Assembly (NCBI GenBank): GCA_002633005.1
Contig: NMRA01000005.1
Span: 1,341,855 to 1,405,854 of the forward strand
DNA length: 64,000 nucleotides
Source: Phoronis australis
Taxonomy: Eukaryota; Animalia; Phoronida
Direction of reading: 5' to 3'
The notes below the pieces were generated by a model, which worked only from the letters and a program-made list of their open reading frames with translations, had not been told where the DNA came from and ran no database searches. Each line of letters begins with the position of its first letter. The stretch's first letter is position 1. Shown here piece by piece: positions 35,946-60,888 of the stretch. A program made the translations under genes and the position numbers.

Positions 35946-37254
35946 TAGACACATAATAGAGTATTGTTAGCGTATATATCTGGTAAAGTTACTTCCACGC
36001 ACGTCTGGCAGACATTAACAGGAATTAGCAATTTGTAATAAAATCGCAAAAACAATGGCTTTTCTTGTTTTGTAGCTCTTGTCGGAGCTAATAATTTCAA
36101 AACACTCCAACAGTAACCCTTATACGGCCAGTTTAACAAGAATTAATGATGCAGTCCAAAATTAATCAAATAATTAACTCCAGCATTTTTCATCAATTAA
36201 GCGACATCAATGAACACGCAATTAGTAGATTAAAGAACAGCACAGAATGTTATTTCCCCTGATTGCTAATTACAGGTGTAATATATCAACCTGTTACCTA
36301 GTTTCTAAAAATTGCGTTTAGCTTGCAATAAGGAAAATATATAAATGGACATGTCTAAAATATTGTCTACAGTGTTATTAATAGCCAAACAAGATGCAGC
36401 TAGTTAAGTGTGTGACGGAGACGTGTTTAACTGCAGAGGAGGTGGATAAGGCAGACCATAGTTCTTTCAGGAATACTTCCTGATTCTGTTGACTGAATAA
36501 GAATCATAAAAACCTGCGCAAAAAAATGAAGGTCAAAACGACACAAGGTGTCATGTCTGCATGAGTGTAAACAATTGTCGTAGCTCAACTGCTCATCCGA
36601 CAATACCCTAGCTGCACATTTTAACCGTCTTTACCCCCAAAAAACAACTGGAGTGTATGTGCAGTCTGTGAGCAGCAATACTTTCACACACAGAAATTGT
36701 GTTTTTGTGAGAAACATATCTTTAATTTTCTTTCACATAATAACCATAGTGTCTGCACAAAACTTGAGTCATTGGAGCCAATACTCCACAATGCAATAAT
36801 AAATTACTTGTATGGTAAAGATTCCTTAAATTCGAACAGAAATGAAGGACAAACTTTTTCCTATTGCAGGATTCTCACTGCATCGCCAAAAATGTTCAAA
36901 ACTTGTGTTTGTCGATGACAGATGACTACATAAAGTTTTCAAATAATCAAGTAAAATTGTCCTCTTATTTAATCTTGTTGAAAATTTTGATGAAATAAAA
37001 TTTCCCTGTTCTGCCATACGGTGTTCTAACTTGTATAAAGCCACATACATTGTCAAAACGCATCAACAAAGTTCTCCGGCCCAAATGACACCATCTCTGG
37101 CTTCTTTTCCAAAATTCCAGTAGCACATTGCACGCATTGTCTTTGTCAAAGCCACACTAACTGCCTGAAGCAGAATAGATGACACCTCAAATCTACCCTC
37201 AACACTTCTCTTATGGCAACATTGTGTTTACACATCAATGTGACTGTAAGGTAT

Positions 37255-48170
<10,916 letters not shown>

Positions 48171-48462
48171 CCTGACAACTGAAATAAAAATCAACGAACT
48201 ACCGGTACATGAATAAACATTATGACTTTGCTATTAAACAAATGTCAAATGCACCGACTTCAGCGGCCTGTTTCTCCAAGAATCTTTACCCAAAACTTGC
48301 TCTTGCTTTCAGTCAGCTCCAAAGCAAGACACGTTTGTGCTGCCTCCTCTTGGTATGACTGGCACACGGGTGACCTCCCCGATAATCCTCTGGGTTTGTA
48401 CGCCTTTTTCTGTTTGACTTCGAGCACATTGACAACTAATGGTGTTCAGTCTTCAATTTCTT

Positions 48463-48588
48463 CGAGCAGCCCCTCTTTCAGTCCCCAAAATCAGTAACTG
48501 GCCATTTTTACACTGTACACGCCAGGGAATATGACATCATACCACCTGCCGCGATTACCGATTTTGGGGACTGAACGAAGGAGTGCTC
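48463..48588. mobile_element. MITE-like inverted-repeat element upstream of RTCB coding exon 1
   Basis: ttcagtccccaaaatcagtaa ... ttaccgattttggggactgaa inverted pair. Confidence 0.6.
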
Positions 48589-51158
48589 AACGGTTTGATA
48601 ACGGGATATTTGTTGAGTTGGAAGGAAAGATATCGATGGCCTCCTGAGGCTAATGTGTCCCTCTATGCGCAAAAGGTACTTATGACAACGTGAATTTGAT
48701 TTTTTAATCAGTGTGAGGCATAATTCGCCAAAAAGCCTCCAAGGAGCTTCACCGTCTCAACTGCCTAGAGACTGTGGTCACTGTCTATGTCTACTACAGA
48801 CTCTGGCCTTGAGTTGTAGAGATTTACTGAATTTGTGGCCTTAGCCTGATTTAATGAAACAGGCTATGCCATCAGGTGGCTGATTTTTATCAAAAAGTCA
48901 AATGCTCTTCAGAAACAGCCGCAGGACTGAGTTGACGAGTTGTGCTATCAGAATCACATTCCCAGACTGGCCAACGTCAACGACTGAGACTCTTGACTTT
49001 TGTCCTGAGGCTAACAATAATTAAAAAAATGGAAATACAGTATAATTCTAAAGGCTTTGAAATAAAATTCTAAACATTTTCTTGACAATTAAAAACAGAA
49101 TAACCACAAAAAAGAAACAAACCAACAAGATTAGTGCGAGCACATACTTTCCTTCACAAGGAGATTACAGCGCACCCTCTTGTGGAATTTAATTTTCTGT
49201 TACGCCATCTTTTGTTGGACGCGTGAAATACAATGGGTCAAGAACGTCATCATGACCCTGGCCCCAACCTTCAAGGCCCACCAAAGCGCCCCCCCCCTCC
49301 CCCAATCACCATTTAATTTTTTTGTTTCACAAATTTATTGTATAATTACATTTGATTTGACATCACACTCATACTCGCCCGCATGTACACGCACGCATAC
49401 ACGATGTATTTTAAAGTCCTAACCAGGACTACCGAAGTAACAGTAGCATTGAATAATCTTCTTAACAAATGTTTTGGGAGAGAGTCCTCCACAATGAATG
49501 TTGTAGGGGCTCAAACTCTCTGTAAGAAATCTTTTTTCTTAGTGTTAGAGTTACTAAATTTGGGAATAGTCTGATCCTTTAGTACTATGCATAGTGTAGA
49601 GAGCAGCACCGATCTATTTAGTATCTAACGGTCGACTGTTCGTAGCCGATAAAAATCATTGCAACATTGTGTACTTTCTTACTTGTTCGTATCGCATACG
49701 AACGAACCATGGTGACTACTTATAAAGACTTTCTACCCCTCTGATGTGGCGGCGTGCTGACAAGTGAAAATCTTTTGGTCTATTTACACCGACAAAATGT
49801 CGGTGTAAATATACCAAGATATTTTAATAATAGCTGTAACTTATAGAGAGTGAAACAAGAGAGAAGTAGACATATATAATGAGTTTGTCATGCGCTAATT
49901 AATACAAATCTAGAGACTTACACACATCATTATCTTCCGTCGTCATCTCGGCTTTAACCAAAATCACCCAAGAAAAATACCTGAGCTTAAAAAATACGCC
50001 GAAAAACGTTTTAAGTCCAAATATAAAGACCCAAAAAAGAAGCAGTTATTTATTTTGGTTAGGAATCCTTGGGGATAGGAACGAGACCCGACAGAATCCA
50101 AAGGCTGAGAGTACGTGTGGGGTCCATTATTTTAGGCAAATTCGCACTGCGAATGTACCAAAATACGCAAAAATATATGTCTCAAGTTAAATTTAAAAAC
50201 CAATCAAAATACAAAGGGAAAATTCAGTCATCGGAAGTACCAAGTAAGACTATTCACCAATACACACCCTTTTAAAATATAATTGACCACTCTAGCTTCT
50301 GGAAAGGAAAATAGCCTTGACTCAGACTCCATCAATAGACGGCGCTACCATCACACACATGTATAAAATGTGTTGTACCGGTAGTTAATACTACTTTTAC
50401 TACAATTAGGACCAAACTAAGCTATTATTATTGCATCTTCAGACAAACATATTTCATCGTAACCATCTATAAAGTAAACGTTAAAAGAGGAGAATATCAG
50501 GGAAATTCACTTTTATTTGTGACTGCAAGCCTACAAATTCAATTAGTAATTACAAGACACCGTATTTTTGATATTTCATCAGTGAACATTCATATCAACT
50601 TTCAGATACTGGTCTCCACAAAGTTTTGTATGAGGAGCTTTTGTGATTTTTATGAAAAAGTCTAAAATTTCAGAAAATGCCTAAGGTTTTTTCATCCATC
50701 TCTTCTTGAACATTTACATAAAATAAAAATTGAGTTCGTTGTTATTATATATGCTATCAGAGCCGCTTTCTTCTTTGATAAATTTTGCAAAATGGTCACG
50801 TGACCCAATTAATGGCACTTTAATAAAACGAAAATCAAAGTTTGCAGGTTTCCTAATTTCAGATAATAACGTAATTTTACCGAGATTTCATCTATAGTTT
50901 TGAAGATATTTGGCTAAATACGCGCCAGACTTGTCAATAAAGTGCTACATAACTTTACTGAATCGGTGAACGTTGTCTGTACTGACACTGAGGTTATATA
51001 TGGATTCAGCCCAGGATGTAACAAATGACAATTGGTATTAATTCAGAGGAGGTCTATGTGCCAGTTTTTGTATTCCCGTAATGACAAAAGTAATACATAA
51101 AGCGCCAACTCACGACTCTTAAAGTGGGCATTGGGATTCCTTCAACTTTTGATTTAGA

Positions 51159-51319
51159 CAGGGGCGGATCCAGTATTATTTTAAAAGAGGTCTGATTGAG
51201 GATTTTTTAAAACGGGGGTCCAAGTCAACAATTTGAAAATTCCAGTTTTGATATCATTAAAATAAAGGAAAAAAAAACTGATTCCGGACCCTCTTGACTC
51301 CCTCTTGGATCCGTTTATG
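51159..51319. mobile_element. MITE with CAGGGGCGGATCCAG-type TIR (related family)
   Basis: caggggcggatccag ... ttggatccgtttatg ends. Confidence 0.6.
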
Positions 51320-52068
51320 TTAGACCACTTGTAGCTATAAATCTCGAAGTATCTTGTTCTTTACTCGGATAAGAAACGATTTCTCGGCTTGGGAAGACCT
51401 CTCAGTTCATTCATAATTTGAGATGATGGTCAATAACTTGGCTTGTCACGACGTGTCATTTTGTACGACAAGCATGATCTCAAGTTCTTCCATTGCCTGG
51501 AAGCCATTCCTCATCAAATAAAGGAAGAATTTGAGAACAATTTTATGCCGAAAAATGGTCTAAGCTAAATGTTCGAATTTTGGCGAAAAAAGACGGGTTT
51601 GTTGACGTTTTAATTTTCTAATCCCCTAGTCATATTCTATCCTGCATCAACTTCTGTGGAAGTCTCCTCAAACATTCCAAAGCCTGCGCTTTGTAACGTC
51701 TGCTGTGTTATTCCCGCGCTTTTGTTATTTGAGGGACGTGTGTTCGAAAATCCGAAATGCGTCGATATCGTCTTGAAGTCACAGCATGCTAAGTTGTTCG
51801 CGCGACACGGAACTATTGAACAATTAACTTCTGTATCTTGAAAATTCATTGATTGGACGTAGAAACTACTATAAGACGAAAATCATTTCAAACAATGCTT
51901 TTGATCATGATGTCGAATTTTGAAAATCGATATTGAAATCAGTAAATGAACTGCAATAGGTTTGTATTTACGAATTGTCTGAATGATAGATGAAGAAGTA
52001 GTAATCAACATATTTGGAATGTTGTAATGGTAGGCACTCGTTGCTATCGGAACATAAAGGACAGTCTT

Positions 52069-52228
52069 CATCGGCGGATTTAGAAGGGGGCCAAGGGGGC
52101 CATGGCCCTCCTAAAATTCTCTCAGTTCCCATTTGACAGTTCGGGGATGCGAATGTCTGACAGGCAAAATCCTGGCTAATACACTGCCCTGGCCCCCCTC
52201 CTAACTCAAAATCCTGGATCCGCACCAG
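52069..52228 (-). mobile_element. MITE of the CAGGGGCGGATCCAGG family (copy 3, inverted)
   Basis: Reverse complement matches 15780-15945 and 31552-31708. Confidence 0.8.
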
Positions 52229-52902
52229 GTCTTGAGATCTGGGTCGAATACCGTCGAGCTAGTGTGGTCATGTGCCTCGTTTTCAATACAACGCAGTCGT
52301 ACGCGATTTGGCATTTTCGCGAGGTTCTACCTTCTCCATTGTCGAAGTTAATGACCATTTGTTTTCGACGTTTCCCATCTTCAGGACGCAAGAACGTATG
52401 AACAGCTTTTTTAAACAATGAAAAATAAAAAACACACGTGTTAATACATTAACATTCATTATATTGTACAGTATCAAATGAAAACGAAAAAGCAGTATAA
52501 CAGCTTGTATCTTATAAAAATATCACAGTAACGTATACATGCTTGATGTCGTAGTAGTAGTTGTTGGAATAGCAATAGGCCTACAAGCAGTACCATCAGA
52601 AGTACCAAAGACTTATTTTCACCTTGTTCAGTGATTGCAGCACTAATTTCCAATATGGCCCAGGTTAAAAGACATACACCAACATGCAATGCAACTGGCC
52701 CATTGGTGGACTTGTTCGAACAGTCATCCAACAAAAAATGAAAGCTTTTACCCTCTACTACCCACTGACTTGAATCTACAGAGGTAAGTTGTGGCTAAAC
52801 ACGAAGTATAAAGTCCCTGATTTGGAGATCTTACAAACACGACTAGAAACTATTGCTGCCGTCATGCCGTATCTCTAAAGTTCTCCAATGCGATATATCT
52901 GT

Positions 52903-54276
52903 TTAAGACTGCGTTACAGATATCTTAGAAAACATAAGGGCGACGGTTTCACAACATGGCACAAGGCAACAAGAGAGACACGCTTGGAAGAACTTCTGCA
53001 TTGCCATACAGCAAATGTTGAGGGCCCTGAGACTAGGCGTGACATTCCAAACTTGGTTGAAGGTGAGGCACGCGAACTCGCAACCCCAGCACAAGGCCAT
53101 TGGCAATCCACAAATGACCGTCAGGAATTTGTAGCAGCAGTTGCGTCCGCCGTTGAAACACTTGGCGGCGTTCATCCAAACGCAGTCGATACTGTGAGCG
53201 CCCTCTGGTTCGCCGATGACGTCTTCAAACATCACCTGAAAAGTAAATATTAAAACAATTTGCAATTTGCGATAAATCGAAATTTACACAGTACATAAGC
53301 ACCTAAGGAAACTTTTTTCGATTGTCATTAAAAATTTGAATTAGCAAGGTTTTACATCTTTAAGTTGTACTGAAAGACGAAAGTTTGTGAGTTTGTGTGG
53401 CGTTACACGGTTATTTTACTCTTAAAACTGCATTACCCCATCTTTAGTTGGCTAAAAACGAAAATCGAATTAAGCCTTCTACTCTGATGAAACTTTCTCA
53501 CAATATTTCCGCTAACAACAAGAACATCAAAACCATCAATAAAACGCTTTAGATTTTAACGGGACTGGCTAACACTAAAATTACGAATTCGAAAGAGGTT
53601 CATTGTCTTGAGTTGCTAATGGAAATAGAGTCCTATCGCGGAATGGATTATTATGAGACGGTATTTGTTAGAGTAAAACGTTTAATTTTATTCCCCTTTC
53701 TTAGCCATCTAAGACGGCGAAAGGCAGATCAAAATTTTGTTAGTAATACTATAGACACAGAGCACGTGTTTATGGTAACCTTTAGTGCGATCTACACTGG
53801 TAAGGATTTTTTGTTTGTAAACTCGACCAAACCTGGGTTTGCAAACAAAAGTTTGCCAATGTTGGCTTGCTGCCAAACACGATCTAGCAGTTTGTCAGAG
53901 TTTGCTATCAAAATTAAGTCAGAGATTGTTAATTTTGTGTGGTTGCCAAACTCATCAAAACATCAGCAATCTCCAAATTGGCCGTGCTTGCAAACACGAG
54001 AGATTACAAGTATAGACGGTACTTCAATTCTACGGCTGCTCGTAAAGCAAACTCCGTCAAATATCAGCTGAGCACAAAAAGAAACATTATTTTTCTTTTT
54101 CGGTTATAGCAAATTGTATTTTAATCGCATTGGTTTCTGAAAAATTAATGTTTTACTATTCGTAAGCGTTCAAAAACAATGAATTTCAAACAATTAATAA
54201 TTTCCTTAATTATTACCTGTATGTGGCTGTTGAGATCATTGGGATCCCTGTTCATCATGTCTACTTCGTCGGCCAT
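52903..54276 (-). CDS. Caveolin family protein A, join(54217-54276, 52903-53235), 130 aa
   Basis: MADEVDMMNRDPNDLNSHIQ|VMFEDVIGEPEGAHSIDCVW...: RDP motif, FEDVIxEP caveolin signature, HSxDxVW, hydrophobic GLPMALCWG segment. GT-AG phase-0 intron. Not assignable to vertebrate CAV1/2/3 from sequence alone. Confidence 0.93.
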
Positions 54277-54634
54277 TTTTGCTTCAATTTAATTAATGGA
54301 AACACGTCTTGTTTTCTCAAACTACTGACGGAACTGTGCTGGTTGCACGCAGAACTCCCTATAACAACCTCAGAAGGAGTTTGTCTTTAAACAGTTGCCA
54401 TGCGTAGCTACAACAATGTTCGAGCCATCACTACGCAAATAGGACAAGAGCGATCGAAGTGAGAGCTCACATAAAATTCGACCGGGGGGTGGAGGAGGTT
54501 AGATTGAGGGTAGGGATTATGTCCAAGGAGTGTAATGTCGTACACTCCTTATTATGAATTTGAAAGTTGACTTCGCATTTCCTACATAAAACCCTATTTC
54601 TGACACATAGAAGTAAGATTTTGTTTTTGGTGCA

Positions 54635-54812
54635 CCAGCAGCGGCGGCGGCGGAGAAGGGTGGAGTGGCGGGTGCGGTGGCGGGTGCGATGGTGAGTGAG
54701 GGAACGGCAGGTGCGGCGGCGGTGGATGCGATGGCGGCGGCAGCACTGACAGCCGCAGCAGTAGCTGTATCAATCGCGGTCGCGGCGCTAGAAGCAGCGG
54801 CAGCGGCAGCGG
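54635..54812. repeat. GC-rich degenerate (GCG/GGC/GCA)n low-complexity tract
   Basis: Runs of gcggcggcg and gcagcggcagcg about 360 bp upstream of the caveolin A ATG. Confidence 0.8.
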
Positions 54813-56224
54813 CTGGGATAGCACGGTTTGAAATAGAAATAAATGTTTAACATGGGCGTATGAACCCCCCCAGGAACCCTCCGGGTAAATTGAAAGTTCT
54901 TCAAATAATTTCCGCGACCAGAGTCAATACCTCCAAAGCGCCTAGCAATATACAACAATAAACAACTATGCGCACATACCTTCAGCAAACAAAATCTCGA
55001 ATTCGTCAAGAAAATAGTAACTCTCTGTACATATACATATGTTAAATGATCAAGCTTGTTTTTCAAAATATACATGGATATATCTAATATTATGTTTCCA
55101 ATAGATAATGCTATAACGTATCTTTCGCGGGTATAGCGCATTCGTCACTGTGTTTATATTGCCCGCATATTATGTTGCGGGTGTCCATTTTTCTTTCACT
55201 TTACACTTCCAGTCTTTGCTAATTGCAACGTAGAATATAGAATTTCGTGTAGCTTTACATTACTTCGAGAAATAAGACGGACTTAAAAAGATGAACGATC
55301 GCTGTCTGACTCAAGTCAATGATAGGTGAAGTGCAGGGGGGATTATATTTGCTTTTGTCGTCTGTTGTCTTGACTGTAGTATCTAAACCCATCCTTTCTT
55401 TATACATGGCTTTTGAAACTTTGATAAAACAACTTGTGTTGAAAGCACTTAGTTAAGAAGATTTGTTATATTAAAGTGTGGTTGACCTCATTTGAAGATG
55501 TGAAACTGCGACATATCTAATTTGCAAGTTTTTTTAAAGATAAGAACAGTTTTATAACTTTATGCTTTTTGTTTCGATTCACAACGACTCATTCGTGACT
55601 TCAACTACGATCTTTGCACTTTGAGCAATTTGGCGACAAACTATACGTAATTGGCTTGAAGACGGTATACGTGATTTTGTTTTAAAATCTTGAGGATTCA
55701 TCGTAAAGAGTTGAAAGGCGGATAAAGAAAGCGACATGTCCATAAGAAACCAGTTTTAATAAAAACATCATAAATTCAAATTCCATATAGTCATAAATTT
55801 AAATACATTTTATCACAGATGCTTCGTTAGAGTGAGCTTATTAGCATATCAAATCATCAAGAAATTTGTGCCCATGTTTATCAACAATCGCCTACACGCG
55901 ACATCACGTGATTACCAAATACATCCATGCAACTTACTTGCTACTTTTCTTCACGGAGGCAACCGATGTCCGGAACAAAGCTCCGTTTTACTCAATAAAA
56001 AGCAAAACTATATGTATTTACAAACACGTTGTTTTGGCACATGATATCTACGTGGTTTTTTAAACCAAGCATAACACACCAACTTTTGAACTAACTCGTA
56101 TAACCATAACGTCTAAAGTATGCGCAAAGCTTTCAACTGGCAAAGAGATTTATAGAACCAGATGTTCATTTCTGTCGTATTGTCAAAGAGTTTCATTGCT
56201 AATCCTCGTGTTGAACGCCGTACC

Positions 56225-56754
56225 TTAGCTCTGTGTCACGGAGATTTTTGAGAACATTAAGGCGACAGTTTCACAACAGGGAGCCAGGAAGCACGAGAGG
56301 CATGCTTTGCAGAACTTCCCAGAGGCCGTGCAGACGATCGTGCATGCCCTGAGGGACGGAGTCACGTTCCAGACCTGATCAAAAGTGATGCAGGCGAACT
56401 CGCATCCCCAACACAAGGCCAATGGCAAACCGCAAATGGCAGTTAACACCATATAACAACAGTTGCGTCCTCCGTTGAAGCACTTCGCGGCATTTGACCA
56501 CACGCAGTCGATGCTATGAGCTCCTTCTGGTTCGCCGATAACGTCATCAAACATCACCTGAAAGAAAAAAAGATTTTAGTAATTACCGGAAAATTTAGCG
56601 ACTGTTGGCGAAATATTCTGTACTTTCATCAACTTTTTAATCCTATTTAATGACAACGAATATTGCAATGGTGATTTAGTCAAATGTTTACCTGAAGATG
56701 GTTATTCAAATCATTGGGATCTCTGTTCTCCATGTCAACTTCCCCAGCGAACAT
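56225..56754 (-). CDS. Caveolin family protein B, join(56692-56754, 56225-56557), 131 aa
   Basis: MFAGEVDMENRDPNDLNNHLQ|VMFDDVIGEPEGAHSIDCVW...; same intron position as copy A; 18 differences over the 110 aa of exon 2 (manual count). Confidence 0.93.
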
Positions 56755-58892
56755 TTTTGATTATTACTTTTCGATTGACTGATTTAATGGAAATCGGCGA
56801 AGTCTACGTAACTGTGGCTGTTACGAACAATGCAAGGAGTTCTTAAAGTTGTAGAGTTCTATTTATTGAACTTGCTTCTTAGTAACTGGGCAACGCCGGG
56901 TGCGAAATGCGATAGGTCCTTAAGTAAACACATTTTGGTCGTTAGCACTTCAAATTTCTCATTTCACCTTGTATTGACGGATGCGACATTGTATATTTAC
57001 ATGGTAAAACAAGACTGCCTATGGACCATTGAAATACAGAACGATTGGAACAAAATCACGGCTAAGCCAAATGAAATTCTGATTTATATTGTATCAAAAG
57101 ATTAACGAATGAAACGTATTTGCATTAAACTACTATTTGTAAAAAGTCATGATTTTGGTCATATTTGCAATTTATTCAAATAGTCTAACTTAAGGCGTCT
57201 AGATTTTATAACCATGTCAGAAAAAGGTACCTTCTATTTTCGTCTCCTTATCTTTTTCACATTCTATTTAAGAGCTATGGAATACATAAATGAACAGATC
57301 CGCAAACATAATTTAATGCTGTGTACTAGTAATCATTCAACATTTTGAATACAAGATTAGAATTAAGAATGTTCAGACATTACATTGTCAAATCGACTGA
57401 TATTCGATATGAGCATCAACGGCGAAGCTACCTACAGTCTTTTTCACTATTCGATAGGACATAATTGAGAGCTTCATGTCAACCTCTGAAGATGAGGCAC
57501 TCGATAACAATGTTTTTACGATTTCGGCGACAGTCGTACGCGACCAATCGTAATCTGTTGACATGAGTTCCGACGCGACTGTTGAACAAGTCTCAAACGA
57601 AATCGTTCACGACAATCAGAGTAAGCTTATTAGCATATATACTATACGAAAAATCGCGGTGTGTTGCACAGGCGGATTTAGGAGGGGGGAGCCAGGGGGT
57701 CCGCCCACCCTGGCTGCCGGAAGAAAAACGAAACAACAGCAGCGTGAAGCGTGAGGAAATATTGAGTTCAGTAAGCAGGATCGGTAGCGGACGAGGGAAG
57801 GGGTGCCTCGGGCGTCGTGTTCCTGTCTTTTTTTAGTGATCCAATAGCTTTTCCGTACAAAAGGTTCACATTTCCGCCCTCGCCCCCGCCCCCACAACTT
57901 TCGGACCTCCCGCGCACATACGACCGCCCTTTGCCCAATTTCCCTGAGGCAACATGTTGCCTCCCAGTTATGGTATCCTAGGTTTACCACTGTGTTGTAG
58001 GGACAAGGTTTTAGGGGCAGTTCTTCTTTACTCAACTCATCACCTAAAACACAAACCGTATTCAACTACACAAAATGTTCTTCAGCTCCTCCTGTAGCAT
58101 GTCGATGAAACCAATTTACATGCCAAAGAAACTTTTAGTTTGCGACGTCCTTGTTTAGGCTGTAATTAGTTGGAATTTGCCCTTTAAATGGAAAGGAAAA
58201 TTGTGAGATAGGTTGAAAGAATACGTATTGGAGTGATCCGTCAACGCACTCGCCGCCGCGTCAAGTCTGAAATGAGTCTCCGGGTAACCACGTATGCAAT
58301 ACTGATGGGGGTACAGTATTTCGGTACGTGGTTCGGCTAATCACGAGCGAGTGCAGTTGCTCATGGTGACACAGTAGACATATACTGTATTATAGTGTTA
58401 CTAAGGTTTAGTTTGCTTTTGTCTCATAAGGCGACAAGTCAACACTCTGGGAATGACCATAGAGGCTGAGTCAACAGATCGCGTCCTGCGTATTGACCAG
58501 TTGCGTATTCAAATACGCGCTGAGTATCCTAATACAGAAATCGATGGGATAGAATCTTGCATAATCAGATGCAAAGAAAACGCACTTTTCTAGGTAACAC
58601 TGAACAATTAAGGTTGCTACAAATTTAAGGAAGTGAGCGAAGGAGAAGTACATTGTCAAATTTCAACGCATCTTTGCATTCTATGATTGAAATAATATTC
58701 TAAACTACTCTTAAGTAGTTTAAAAACTCGTCTCGTTTCGCGTCTCTCAAGAGATAGGACTTAATACCCAACCAAACTGTCAAATGGTGAACGCAACTTA
58801 GAAGGTTCAAAATTGGTATATGTGATCATAACTTTGAGAAAGGTATAGGGTTTTACAGCGTTCACATGCCATCTAGTGTACCGTCTAAAAAT

Positions 58893-59191
58893 AAGGTACC
58901 TAAACTACACGGTTACCGGACTCATAAACACGATCACGGACTCATCGGCTTCCTGGGTCAGCTGACATCTACATTTTGTCCGTAAACCGTTTTTGGCGGT
59001 CCGTTAACCGTGTTTCTTCGTGTATGTGAGTCCGTGTCCCGTGTATTTGGGTAAATGGATCGTGGTTTGTGAGTCCGTTCCCGTGTTTGTGAGTCATGAG
59101 TGAACGGTGATTGCAGGTAGCCTACTTGAGTCGTGTTCATGCGTCCGTGACCGTGTTTATGAGTCCGTTAACCGTGTAGTTTAGGTACCTT
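58893..59191. mobile_element. MITE with ~50-bp TIRs and internal tgagtccg sub-repeats
   Basis: aaggtacctaaactacacggttaccggactcataaacacg ... cgtgtttatgagtccgttaaccgtgtagtttaggtacctt. Confidence 0.85.
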
Positions 59192-60639
59192 GAAAATGGA
59201 CACACGTAGGACTTCCGATCTTGGCTGGTCTCCTTTATGATAACGACTTATGATCCACATCTGAACGCAGTACTAGATATTCTGAAAAACAGAGTTGAAC
59301 AAATGAGAACTGTGGAATTGGATTATCATTTCGTTTTTTTGTGTTTAAATTACTGATTTTAGACAGAATTTTTTGCACAAATATTTGAAAACGTGAACAA
59401 GAATTTCTAAAGCCACTTAACCGAAGGCGACTTGGGTGTCCCAGAAGCGCCCCCTTTTTACTTTAATGTCATTGGGATTACTAACTACTGTGAAGAAGCT
59501 TGCCTAAAGTAGACGCGACCTAAAAATGTTGAACCAAAACCATCAGGAGCTATGGAAATAACAAATTGAAAACTGCCAGCAAAAATTCTAACTAGCAATG
59601 CCTAATGTGACTCCAACTGGGCAAAGTTCTTCAATGACGCGGCAGACCACAGCCATTTTTTTATTCCGAATGTTTTCTGAAATTATTCTAGAGAAATTAT
59701 TTCCCACGTTAAAATATGCCTTGACAGAGTCTGTTCATGAAAGTGGTAGCCCTTTTACTTCAACTGACGGAGGAAAGTGAAAATTCTGCACTTTGTTTGT
59801 TTTTTTCCCTTTTGGAAAACTCAAATTACAATTTCACCAGGTATATTGTGTTTACGTCATATATTGGTGTTTTCCTCTATGAAATTACAAAAATCATGGC
59901 CATTCAAACTGACACAAGTCAATAAGTAAGGGGAAATCTCGCTTAACGGTGACGACATTCGAACCGTCAAATTTCGGCTATGTCCCACTGGAGAACGATG
60001 GCGAAACTGAATGTCGTTTCTGTTCTGTCTTATGCGCACTTACACTTCAATTATAACCGAGTGGACCCCAACTTTTGGTCCCGAAAGGCTTTCGCGCCTC
60101 GGGAGAAACGACTATGCTCAGTCTCTCGGTGATGATTGATGCATATTTTGTGCCCATGACGGAAGGGTGTGACCTCGGGGGCTATGTAATATATTCTTGA
60201 GATCTTACGCAGTGGAAGCATGTCCCTTACCTTCAAACAATCAGATGGAAATAACTACCGACAAAGCCTTACACGATATGAACATTTCCCATGATTTTTG
60301 ATCCCCGACTTCTCCAAAGTTGAATAAAAAAACCTGAAACACGCCTTAATCGGTATAGGGCAATATTAATTATAGATGTTAAAATTTTTGGCAGGCGAAA
60401 CGACCCTACGCGTTGAGGAAAAATAGATATTTTATACTGAAATTAGTAATGGCCCCCTACGTTCGATTCAGCTGGGTCAGTAAAAACGAAAAGTCATATT
60501 AGTCTCATAATATTCATAATGATATATTTTAGTTTCGTCGGTTTTTGTTAAAGGTTTTTTTCAAAAAGTGACCGTATTCGGTGCCGCCATAGTCATCTTA
60601 ATATAATGATTATGTCTATGGGTGCCGCACTCCAGGAAC

Positions 60640-60888
60640 TTGAAATTACGACTGGCAACGTAGATAAGGAGTAGTCCCCTCTCGCGGCTTAGCAGAGGAG
60701 AGACGTTTTTCGTCTTGTCCGTAAGATAGCGCAGCAACTCCAGTTTCCGGAGGTGGCCATTGAAATTTAGTATTGTCCTGCCACATATGATTTTCTTTTG
60801 TAAAAGTCGACGAGTTCAAAGCTGTGAAAAATGACTCAATCTGGATCTGAAAAGCATTCGATTCTATGGTGACGTCGAATTCTAAGTG
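60640..60888 (+). promoter_or_regulatory. Candidate promoter / non-coding first exon of the plus-strand gene at 62722
   Basis: CpG-richer segment with TTTCCGG (ETS-like), GCCAT (YY1-like) and TGACGTC (CRE-like) motifs, followed by a G|gtaaac donor at 60888/60889. Confidence 0.4.

Noticed and set aside
52888-53253. 121-aa plus-strand ORF
   Set aside because: Antisense shadow of caveolin A exon 2
54594-54850. Pro-rich and Ala-rich ORFs
   Set aside because: Translations of a GC-rich low-complexity tract
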